A program made the translations under genes and the position numbers. The notes beneath the pieces are model-generated. The model ran no database searches and had not been told where the DNA came from. It saw nothing but the letters and a program-made list of their open reading frames with translations. Positions 27,249 to 35,281 of a stretch of DNA of 60,408 nt are shown in pieces (position 1 is the stretch's first letter; every line of letters begins with the position of its first letter). Source of the DNA: Candidatus Woesearchaeota archaeon (GTDB lineage Archaea > Nanobdellota > Nanobdellia > Woesearchaeales > UBA10216); assembly GCA_016180085.1 (NCBI GenBank), contig JACPBX010000009.1, positions 1 to 60,408 on the forward strand. The letters run 5' to 3'.

Positions 27249-28886
27249 TTAGCCTACAATCTCAAGAATCTTGGCTTTCTTCTCTTCGCTTATGCACTTC
27301 TTGCTGTTGCTTTCCTTGCCAAGGCACAGGTCTGTTCTGCACTCAAAGCTGTGGGTGCAGGCTGTATTTACGTCTTTCTGCGTGAGCCATGCTCCTGTGA
27401 TGCTGCAGTACTTGTCTGCCGGGGCGGCCTGCCTGGTGCCTGGTGGCGAGCATTGCTGCGGGCCCTTTAGCTGGAATGTCTGCCCGTTGTCGGTTTCGCT
27501 TGACTCGGTAATTACGCCCTTGGCGTTTCCCTGTTGCATCGTGTCAACGTCAACGACTGCCCAGTAGTTCGCGTTTTTGTCGTCAATCTTGCAGGGTTCG
27601 CCGTTGAGCGCTTTGACAGAGGGGTTAAAATCTTTTGATTCACCGGGCTTTATTCCTGCTCTGATTTCGCCCAGGTCACGACTCTCCCCCCTGCAAATCT
27701 CAGAGCTCTCTTTTAGTATGGAAACCTTGTTTTCAAGGAACTGGTCTGCCTTGGCAATCCTGCCACCGTCATTTTTAACTCTGACCCTGACAGAGTAAAC
27801 AGTGACCGAGCCTGTTGTTGAAAGAGCGTCAAGGCTCGGGGAAGGCTCTGCCTCTGTTGGGACAAGGTTTGGCGGGGCTGAAGCACCGGCAGTGAGTGTT
27901 GCCGATTGCTTGTTGTCGGCTTTGCCTCCTTCTGCTTCCGGATAAGTTTGCTGTGAGTCAATAACAGCAACCACAACCAGTTTTCCGGAAAAGTCGTCAG
28001 GTAGCTTCACAGACTGCTTTATCACCTCAAGGCTTCCAGCGCCAAGGGGCTTAATCTCGTTGCTGACTAAATCTGCTGTGGCACTTAGCTCCGGGAGTAC
28101 TCTAGAACCGTATTCGTTATCCTTGTAAAAATAGACTATGCTATAGAAAGATAAGCCGCAGATTTGGCTGGCTGCTCCAGTGCACTTTCCGAAAACGCTT
28201 GAATCCTTGGTGCCCTTTGTTCCTGTGTTCTTTACGCGGAGCACCACCTGCATCGTATCGCCGCCTTTAAGGCCTTCCTGGGGCGTTACAGCAAGCTCTG
28301 GAAAAAGGTTTACGCCTTGCGGCAGTTGAGCTGTTGCTGCTGCGCATTTCTGCTCGCATTCAGAAGACTCGTAGCGGTTGCCGTCAATGGTGCATTTGGA
28401 GCTGCAGTATTGAATGCCTGGCTGGTCTTCAATGCAGAGGTAGTTAACACATTTCTGGCCTGGGAGCTGGTCTGCTTTACACTGTGTTGATTCTAAACAC
28501 CTGTTTTCGTTTTTGCAAGATGACCCTCCTGTGCAGCTCTTGGACTGAGGCACTTTGTCGGATGGGCAGCCTTGCTCTCCACACCCACCGATTGTCTGCC
28601 AGTCACCGCATGTGCATGTTTGCGGTTGCTGTGAGCTGGGGGCAGATGGGCACTGGAACAGGCAGTCGCTGTAATCATAGCATCTGCTGTTTGACTTACA
28701 CTTCCAGCTCGCAGGTGACTTGCACGGGGATGTTTCTGCACATGTCGCCGTTTGGGAATCTGAAACAGCAGCACCCGTAACCGGAATAGAACTCAGCAGC
28801 TGCGGCTTATTTAAAGAGTAATCAAATAGCTGCAGGGATAGTAGCAAAAGGACTACTATAAAAAGCTGGAGCGCCCTTTTTTCCAT
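27249..28886 (-). CDS. Secreted Cys-rich protein with two CARDB-like Ig domains
   Basis: Signal-like MEKRALQLFIVVLLLLSL, VTGAAV; PEL/PNL-initiated domains with VKNTG/VKNDG and VIDS...E...DN patterns; Cys clusters at both ends. Confidence 0.75.
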   Translation of the reverse strand: MEKRALQLFIVVLLLLSLQLFDYSLNKPQLLSSIPVTGAAVSDSQTATCAETSPCKSPASWKCKSNSRCYDYSDCLFQCPSAPSSQQPQTCTCGDWQTIGGCGEQGCPSDKVPQSKSCTGGSSCKNENRCLESTQCKADQLPGQKCVNYLCIEDQPGIQYCSSKCTIDGNRYESSECEQKCAAATAQLPQGVNLFPELAVTPQEGLKGGDTMQVVLRVKNTGTKGTKDSSVFGKCTGAASQICGLSFYSIVYFYKDNEYGSRVLPELSATADLVSNEIKPLGAGSLEVIKQSVKLPDDFSGKLVVVAVIDSQQTYPEAEGGKADNKQSATLTAGASAPPNLVPTEAEPSPSLDALSTTGSVTVYSVRVRVKNDGGRIAKADQFLENKVSILKESSEICRGESRDLGEIRAGIKPGESKDFNPSVKALNGEPCKIDDKNANYWAVVDVDTMQQGNAKGVITESSETDNGQTFQLKGPQQCSPPGTRQAAPADKYCSITGAWLTQKDVNTACTHSFECRTDLCLGKESNSKKCISEEKKAKILEIVG

Positions 28887-28968
28887 GTCAAGCCCAAACT
28901 GGGAATTATGGCTTTTAAACCTTTTGATAGAAACATTTAAATACGACATTTTTCAGACTTGCTTCAAA

Positions 28969-30021
28969 ATGAAAAAAGGCGTTTTTGTTCTGCTTTTAGC
29001 CTTAATTGCAGTTGTTATTGCCGGCTGCCAGAGCGGTGGCGATAAGGGAGTTTCCTCTACTACCCCTTTTATAGGTGGCACAGAGGGCCTGACTGCGAAG
29101 TTCGCAGAGAACTCCCCGCCCGCCGAGGTTACTGATGCGCAGAGAGATAGTTCTACCCCACCTAAGCTCATAAACACCTTTGACATTGTTCTGCTGCTGG
29201 AGAATGTTGGAGAAGTGGACCTTGGTGATAGCACGCTCCCAACTACAGATGCCAACACCAAAGTAGCTGTCACTATTGGAGGCATTCTTGGCAGCGATTT
29301 CCTGGATAGTGCTGGTAAAAACCCGGCGGGAACAGAGGTGAAACTCGTCAAAGCCAATCCAAAAGGTCCTATCAGCGGAGTGAGGAAAGATCCTGATGGG
29401 GATAAGATACCTGGCTCTACAGTGGATATGAGGTTTGAGGGGCTGGCTTACCAGAGGGAGCTCGCAGGCTCTGCCGAGTTCCCGATACAGGCTGACGTCT
29501 GCTATGCCTACCAGACAAAGGCAGTTAGCGACCTCTGCATAAGGGCAGACGCAACCAAGCGCGTTTCAGGTGTGTGCGACATATCAGGCCAGAAACAGGT
29601 CTTCAACTCCGGTGCGCCTGTGCACGTGACTGCCGCAAAGGAAAGCGTTGGCGGAAAGAGCAAGGTTTTACTCACCTTTAACGTGAAAAATGTTGGCACT
29701 GGCGGCGTGTATAAGGCCGTGGCCGGGGCAGCGCCTGATTGCGAGAGGGGCGCGTTTGCAAAAGAGAACCACGTGCTTGTCCAGATAGACACTGGCCTGT
29801 CCGGGATAACTTGCAGTGGTATTTCTGTCGATTCAGCAGCTGCTGGGACTACCCCCGGTCGTATTGTTGGTGACTTGAGGCTTAGCAACGGCGAGGGCAC
29901 ATTCTCCTGCATACAGGCTACGCCAAACCAGGATGCTGTCAAGAAAGTAGACCTTAAGCTGACTTACAACTACTTAATCTCAAAGAGCACCAAGCTTGCA
30001 GTAAAGCATCTGCTTTCTTAA
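28969..30021 (+). CDS. Lipoprotein-like secreted hypothetical protein (CYxYxT family), paralogue of 26117..27244
   Basis: MKKGVFVLLLALIAVVIAGC; FIGGTEGL..FAENSPP; ADVCYAYQT; NSGAPV; KNVGTG. Confidence 0.82.
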   Translation: MKKGVFVLLLALIAVVIAGCQSGGDKGVSSTTPFIGGTEGLTAKFAENSPPAEVTDAQRDSSTPPKLINTFDIVLLLENVGEVDLGDSTLPTTDANTKVAVTIGGILGSDFLDSAGKNPAGTEVKLVKANPKGPISGVRKDPDGDKIPGSTVDMRFEGLAYQRELAGSAEFPIQADVCYAYQTKAVSDLCIRADATKRVSGVCDISGQKQVFNSGAPVHVTAAKESVGGKSKVLLTFNVKNVGTGGVYKAVAGAAPDCERGAFAKENHVLVQIDTGLSGITCSGISVDSAAAGTTPGRIVGDLRLSNGEGTFSCIQATPNQDAVKKVDLKLTYNYLISKSTKLAVKHLLS

Positions 30022-30054
30022 TTGCTTACTTTGGAAGAAGTTTTGTGATGTCAC

Positions 30055-32841
30055 TCATTTCCTGATGCTGCTCAGCACTTTCTCAATGTTCTTTTTCGAG
30101 TAGCCTGAAACCGTGAGGGACTGCCTTATCTGCTCAATTGAGTCGCCGTGCTGCAGGCCGACTTCGGCTATTGACCTGATTTCCTCAAGTTCAGAGTAGC
30201 CGCCAAGCTCTGTAAACAGCTCCTGGTCTGGCTTGGCAGTGAGCTCCAATGGCAGGCCTTTGGCTGGCTCTTTTGGTGCAGGCTTTGCCTGGGTTTTTAC
30301 CTGGGGCTGAATTGTGGGTTTCATTTTTCGCTGATGCAATGCCGGTTTCTTCAGCATCTTCCCGGCTTTCAGCTTTTTAACTGCTATTTTCTGTCGCTTC
30401 TTTGTAAGCGGTTTGGTCAGTTTTGCCGCTTTTGGTTTTTGAGCTGCAACCGCTTTTATCGCAGGTGCAGATGATGTTAATGCCTCATCTTCCTCTGTTG
30501 CTTCCAGTGGGGTTTCCTTAACGGTTGTTTCCGGACTCAGCCCTGTGAATCTTGGCACATCAATGCCTTCCTCCTCCTGCGCTTCCTCAACACCTGGCCC
30601 TGCCCCGAGCTGCCCCAACCCCATTTCCCGCATTGATGGCTGCTGTCTTTGCTGTGGCTTTGCCTTAGGCAAAAACTGCCGGTCCTGCTGCTCCTCAGCT
30701 ATTTCAATTGGAACATGCATTGGTTGTTTGGGCTGCCATGCCTGCTGTGATTGTACTGGGGACTGCCCGAAGCCGCCGATTTGCTCAAGCTTCTGCTGGA
30801 TGTATTCCTTTGACCTGCTAATCTCCACTCCGGCGCTTGCAAGCACATCAAGCTCTTTTCCTATGGCTTCCTGCTCTCTCAGAAGAAGCTGTTCCTTTCT
30901 GTCTATCTCGGCTTCCTTTGATTTGAGTTCGGCTATCCTTGATTCTGTTGATGTAAGAAGGTTTTTCAGTTCTGCTTCCTTGCTCTCGAGATATTTTGCC
31001 TGCTCGTCCAGCTGTTTTGCCCTTTCATTGACTGTTTCAATCTCAACTCCTGCTGCCGCCTCTCCGAGCTCGCCTGTGCCCTGCAGCTTTATCAGCTGCT
31101 GTGAGGTTGTGGCAAATGCGTGGAGGGTTTCATCTATCTGCTTCTCCTTCTCTCTCATAAGCGTTATTTCCTGCTGCATTTTCACTCTTTCTTCCTCTAT
31201 GGTAGCTTTGAGGGTTGCTTCTTTTTGCGATGATTCCTGAACCATGGCTTTCAGCCTTGCCTCGTGCTGTTCTCTCAATTTGGCTATAAGTTCTTCATAC
31301 GCTTTCTCGCTTTCAAAGAATATCCTCTGCCGCTCCTCAAGCCTTTTCCTGAGAAGCGCTGACTGCTCTTTTACCTTTGCGACCTCTTCTGCCATCAGTT
31401 TAGCTGTTTCCTCCTTGATATGCAGCTCTGATTTCAGCTCATCAAGCTGTCTGTGCAGCTTTGTTTCCGGTTTTGCGTGGATTATGCCCTTAAAGTGGCG
31501 CAGCTCCTCCTCCTTTGCAGCTATCCTCTTCTCAAATGCGGATTCAAGGTTTTGGGCAAGCTTTTCCTTCTCAATAATGAACGACTTCAGCCCCTCGATC
31601 TGCCCTGCCATTTCAGCCATCTGCTCTTTCAGCCTTGTCTGCACTGACTTATTCAGTCTCTGCTCGTCAAAAAGGGCTTTTTCTAGCCTTTTGAGCTCGT
31701 GGTCTTTCTCCTCTGAATTTCTTAAGAGTAGCTCAACATGAGCTGAGTTAAAGCCCTGGTAACCGGAATCTGCTCCTCTGCCAGAGGCAATTAAGCTGCC
31801 CGCCTTGGATTCTTTCAGAACCTGCTCCCTGAGCGAGATTATTTCCGTTTCCTTTCTTTCCAGCTCTTTCTTTAGATGCAGCATAAGTCTTTCGGCATTG
31901 CCGATATTCTTTGATTTTGCTCCCATTACGCCACCGTGTTCTTTTGCTGGCAGAGCTGTGTGCAGAAGTCCTTTGACATGGCCGAGTTCCGAGTCCTTGG
32001 CGGCAAGCCTGCCCTCAAAAGTTGACTCAAGGCTTTGTATGATTTTCTCCTTTTCAACGATAAATGACTTTAGCTGCTCCGCATGGCCCGTTATCTCAAG
32101 GATTTGCTGCTTAAGCCTGTTTTGCGTTGCAGCGTTGAGTTTCTGTTCTTCAAGGAACAGCTTCTCAAGTTTTTTGAGTTCGCGGTTTCTGCTTTCAAGC
32201 TCCTGTTGCAATGCTGCTGCCTGCATGGCTGGGAGGTTTTCTTCAGCCAGGCTAATGGCCGAGTCTTGCTTTTTCTCAAAAAGGGAGCTTCTTAATGATG
32301 CTATCTCAGCATCCTTTTTCCCAAGCTCTACCTGCAGCCCATCAACCAGCTTGGCTGTTTCTGCCTCTTTCCTTACCAGAATTGATTTAATCCTGTCTGC
32401 ATACTCTCTCTGTGAGTTGACGTTTGCCTCAAACGATGCAGAGAGTTTCCGGTTTTCTGACTCTTTTTTGGCGCACAGGGATGCAATCCTGCTTATTTCC
32501 TGGTCCTTGATCGAGAGCTGCTGTGTCAGCTCCTGAATGAGCCCTTTCTCGCCCTCTTCCAGCTGTGCTGTGTATTCCCTGAGCCTCTCCAGCTCGTTTG
32601 TTCTCTCTGTGAGCTGCGCTGAGAGGTGGTTTATCCTGCTTTCGGCGTATTCGAGCAGGTTGCCTGTTGGCTGCAGCTGCTGGGCTTCAATGCCCGGCTC
32701 CTGGTCATATGTGTTGTGCTGTCCCGGATTGCTGTTTTCAACAGGAAAAACGTGGTAGCTCAGGGAAGCCTCTGTGCCACTTGTGCCCCTGCCGGCTTTC
32801 CCGGGGTCGTTCTTCCTGTTCGCCTCTTTTCTCAACACCAT
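30055..32841 (-). CDS. Long coiled-coil protein (928 aa) with internal ~81-aa duplication, no ATPase head
   Basis: Heptad-rich E/K/L/Q composition over about 600 aa; disordered Lys/Pro-rich region; small helical C-terminal domain. Confidence 0.82.
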   Translation of the reverse strand: MVLRKEANRKNDPGKAGRGTSGTEASLSYHVFPVENSNPGQHNTYDQEPGIEAQQLQPTGNLLEYAESRINHLSAQLTERTNELERLREYTAQLEEGEKGLIQELTQQLSIKDQEISRIASLCAKKESENRKLSASFEANVNSQREYADRIKSILVRKEAETAKLVDGLQVELGKKDAEIASLRSSLFEKKQDSAISLAEENLPAMQAAALQQELESRNRELKKLEKLFLEEQKLNAATQNRLKQQILEITGHAEQLKSFIVEKEKIIQSLESTFEGRLAAKDSELGHVKGLLHTALPAKEHGGVMGAKSKNIGNAERLMLHLKKELERKETEIISLREQVLKESKAGSLIASGRGADSGYQGFNSAHVELLLRNSEEKDHELKRLEKALFDEQRLNKSVQTRLKEQMAEMAGQIEGLKSFIIEKEKLAQNLESAFEKRIAAKEEELRHFKGIIHAKPETKLHRQLDELKSELHIKEETAKLMAEEVAKVKEQSALLRKRLEERQRIFFESEKAYEELIAKLREQHEARLKAMVQESSQKEATLKATIEEERVKMQQEITLMREKEKQIDETLHAFATTSQQLIKLQGTGELGEAAAGVEIETVNERAKQLDEQAKYLESKEAELKNLLTSTESRIAELKSKEAEIDRKEQLLLREQEAIGKELDVLASAGVEISRSKEYIQQKLEQIGGFGQSPVQSQQAWQPKQPMHVPIEIAEEQQDRQFLPKAKPQQRQQPSMREMGLGQLGAGPGVEEAQEEEGIDVPRFTGLSPETTVKETPLEATEEDEALTSSAPAIKAVAAQKPKAAKLTKPLTKKRQKIAVKKLKAGKMLKKPALHQRKMKPTIQPQVKTQAKPAPKEPAKGLPLELTAKPDQELFTELGGYSELEEIRSIAEVGLQHGDSIEQIRQSLTVSGYSKKNIEKVLSSIRK
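31477..32202 (-). repeat. Intragenic ~81-codon duplication (31960-32202 and 31477-31719)
   Basis: ELKKLEK...LKSFIVEKEK...GHVKGLLH versus ELKRLEK...LKSFIIEKEK...RHFKGIIH; about 44 of 81 residues identical by hand alignment. Confidence 0.85.
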
Positions 32842-32922
32842 TTTTCAGAATAACCAATATAATGCATTATTCCGGGGCGAAAGGTATTTAATATTTGCTA
32901 TTTGGCAGATTGGCGGCATGTT

Positions 32923-33749
32923 TTATTCTTTCAACCCGGCCAATGCTATCTGGCTAAGAAGGGCTTCAAGCTGCACGAACTCGTCTGCCCCTTCGCTCAT
33001 CCTGAACTCAACCTCCCCGCATTTTTCAATCAGGGCCAGCTTTTTCTGGGGCTCAATCTCTGTCTCAAGTATCTCCTTTTGCAGCTGCTTGATAATGTCA
33101 AGCCCTGACAAGCCGTGGGCAAGCATTGTTTCAAGAAGCTTGTCCCTCGCCTTCTGGAAGTTGTTTCCAAATGCCAGGCTTATCACCTCTTTTATCTCTT
33201 TGGGCCTGGCAACGCTCGCAACCGTATAAATGAGCTCATCAGTTATGTTTGGCGACATGACAGCGCAGCTCTGGATTATGTTCTCAAGCTTCCTGCAGTC
33301 GCCTTCTGAGACCTCTATCAGTGCCTTTTTGGCCTTTGCATCAACCGTAAGCTTCTCGGCGGCAGCTATCCTGTCGATTATTTTAAGGACATCCTGCTCA
33401 GCTCCCTTGTCAGGGAGTCAGACTCGTCAAGCACGCATATCTTGAAGGGAACGTCACCAAGCGCCTTTGTCCGGGCAAAGTCCTTGACTTTTGTCCTTAT
33501 TACATCTATGCCTCTTTCATCGCTGGCGTTGAGCTCTATAAGGTTCTGGCGCCAGTTTTCACCGTACAGTTGCCTGGCAATTACCAGTGCGGTCGATGTT
33601 TTTCCAACGCCCGGAGGCCCGGCAAACAGAAGGTGGGGGAGGTTCTGGTGCTTTACAAACGCCCTTATTCTTTTGACTATGTCTTCCTGGCCAACTATGT
33701 CAGAAAAGTCGGCAGGCCTGTATTTTTCCGCCCACAAAGCACTGTCCAT
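32923..33749 (-). pseudogene. rfcS: Replication factor C small subunit, disrupted by internal deletion and frameshift near 33402
   Basis: N-part [30 protein letters not shown]; C-part in another frame ([13 protein letters not shown]...GDCRKLEN...EVEFRMSEGADEFVQLEALL); the ALRRTME/sensor-1/SRC segment is missing. Confidence 0.85.
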
Positions 33750-33835
33750 TGGTTTGTGAGGGGGCTGTGCCGCAATATAAAGGTTTTCCTAGAGAAGAAC
33801 AGCTGTGTATCGCCCCAGAATCAAACAACATCTTA

Positions 33836-34099
33836 TCAAACAATGTCTTCTTCAGATATAACGAGAAAGTCGCCCATTGCCATTACAGCGCTGAACGGTA
33901 TGAGTATGTTGCCTTCGCCATCCCTTTCCAGTTCGAGCTTCTGGATGTATGGTGTAGGGTTTGCAAGGACAAGGTGTATCAGCTCTCCTGTTTTTGTTTC
34001 AAACACAATATCTGCGACTTCGCCAAATCTTTTGCCTGACTTGCTCACAACAACTTTGCCGATTACCTGTCTAGAAAACCTCTTGTCATCCTCAGCCAT
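33836..34099 (-). CDS. cdpB: PRC-barrel protein, CdpB-like cell-division protein
   Basis: SRQVIGKVVVSKSGKRFGEVADIVFETKTGELIHL; IPFSAVMAMGDFLVI; SD AGGTG. Confidence 0.75.
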   Translation of the reverse strand: MAEDDKRFSRQVIGKVVVSKSGKRFGEVADIVFETKTGELIHLVLANPTPYIQKLELERDGEGNILIPFSAVMAMGDFLVISEEDIV

Positions 34100-34231
34100 C
34101 AAAAACACCTACCCGTTCAAGCTTTAACAGCGACGTTACTATTGTGCAATGCTAATGAAATGGTTTTTCTGCGTATATCTTATATTTAAATGTTGTGGAA
34201 TAAGCTAAAAAGTGCAAAATTTCCTTGGTTT

Positions 34232-35068
34232 TCATCTCGTGCAGCTGCAATTTTCCCTTCCGCACTGTTTTGGCATTGCGCTGCCTTGTAAGAGCCTAAT
34301 GACCTTCTCTGTCAGCTCCTTTATCTCCAGTTCCATGTAAGGGTTGAGCACGACTGTCCTGCTGCTGTTATGGTCCAGGTACCTGATAATGGCCTTGCCC
34401 ACTGTAGTGTTGAACTTTTCCTGCAAAAGCATCATGTAGGCAGCAACCTGGACCCTGTGCTGGGGCCAAACGCCGTCGCTTGGCATCTTTCCCGTTTTCA
34501 GCTCTATCGGCAGCGCAGTTGTGCCGTAAATTTCAACTTTGTCAACAACGCCTTTGAGTCGAAGCATAGCAGACTTAACCTTCATTTCCGTAACTATTTT
34601 TGGAATAAGCTGCTGCCATAGTTCCTCTCCGAAGATATTGCGCATTGCAGCAAAACTGTGGACGTTTCCTGCCCTTTCGGCAGCTTCGGCGACGGCAATA
34701 GGCCTCAGTTCCGATATTATGCTTGAGGGTTCAAGGCCAAACATCTCCAATGATTTGCTGCGGTTCATTACAACGGCCCTGAGGAGGTTCTGGTATGTTT
34801 CAGAATAAGCCGCGTTGATTTTTTCTGTTGAGAATTCCGCAGGCAAGTGGACGACTATCCTTTCCTCGTATTTGTTGGCAAGGTCATAAAAGTTGTGCCG
34901 TATCGCGCCCAAAACCATCGCGGGGTTAAGCTTTTCTTCGTACCCGAGAACTTTTTTCTGGTAAAGCGCTCTGGGGCAGTACATGAAGGAGGACAGGTCT
35001 GTTACTGAAACCATTGGAGGGGCGGCTTTTGCTTCTGTTGCATTTGCCGCTTCATTAAATTCTTCCAT
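34232..35068 (-). CDS. cas4: Solo Cas4-like PD-(D/E)XK nuclease
   Basis: VTDLSSFMYCPR; LKGVVDKV; PIELKTG; QVAAY; C-terminal Cys cluster; ATG 35068 about 25 nt below a TATA box. Confidence 0.85.
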   Translation of the reverse strand: MEEFNEAANATEAKAAPPMVSVTDLSSFMYCPRALYQKKVLGYEEKLNPAMVLGAIRHNFYDLANKYEERIVVHLPAEFSTEKINAAYSETYQNLLRAVVMNRSKSLEMFGLEPSSIISELRPIAVAEAAERAGNVHSFAAMRNIFGEELWQQLIPKIVTEMKVKSAMLRLKGVVDKVEIYGTTALPIELKTGKMPSDGVWPQHRVQVAAYMMLLQEKFNTTVGKAIIRYLDHNSSRTVVLNPYMELEIKELTEKVIRLLQGSAMPKQCGRENCSCTR

Positions 35069-35113
35069 ATGCCGCAGAATTTGTTGTTTGCGTTTAAATA
35101 TGTTGCCCGGGCT

Positions 35114-35196
35114 TGTCCAGTGTCCAGTGCTCTGAGCACTGGATAGCTCGTAGCAACGAGCGTGTCCAGTGAACCTTTTTACCGAAAAAGGTTCAT
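35114..35196. ncRNA. Candidate structured ncRNA or DNA cruciform element (three consecutive hairpins, 3x TGTCCAGTG)
   Basis: Perfect stems TCCAGTGCTC/GAGCACTGGA, GCTCGT/ACGAGC and TGAACCTTTTT/AAAAAGGTTCA between the divergent cas4 and tyrS promoters. Confidence 0.4.
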
Positions 35197-35244
35197 CAAA
35201 AAACGCGATTATTACGGGATTTCCGAAGTTATTGCGGCGAAAAC

Positions 35245-35258
35245 AAAAAGATTTATAT
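35245..35258 (+). promoter_or_regulatory. BRE/TATA of tyrS (probably leaderless)
   Basis: AAAAAG-A-TTTATAT about 25 nt upstream of ATG 35282. Confidence 0.55.
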
Positions 35259-35281
35259 CGTTTGGCTGGGCTGCTGTTGCC

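Noticed and set aside
30545-32536. Ser-rich plus-strand ORFs (231, 165 and 243 aa)
   Set aside because: Antisense shadows of the E/K-rich coiled-coil gene
32859-32870. 12-bp palindrome ATAATGCATTAT at the coiled-coil gene promoter, and an imperfect IR at about 34137-34156 upstream of cdpB
   Set aside because: Short, AT-rich, single occurrences without a shared consensus; plausibly chance
33402-33408. Programmed -1 frameshift as the explanation for split rfcS
   Set aside because: No X-XXY-YYZ slippery heptamer, and the fused product would still lack the sensor-1/SRC block
35114-35171. TCCAGTG repeats as a second origin (ORB core)
   Set aside because: They lack the GGAAAC half needed for ORB, there is no adjacent cdc6, and the region is not AT-rich
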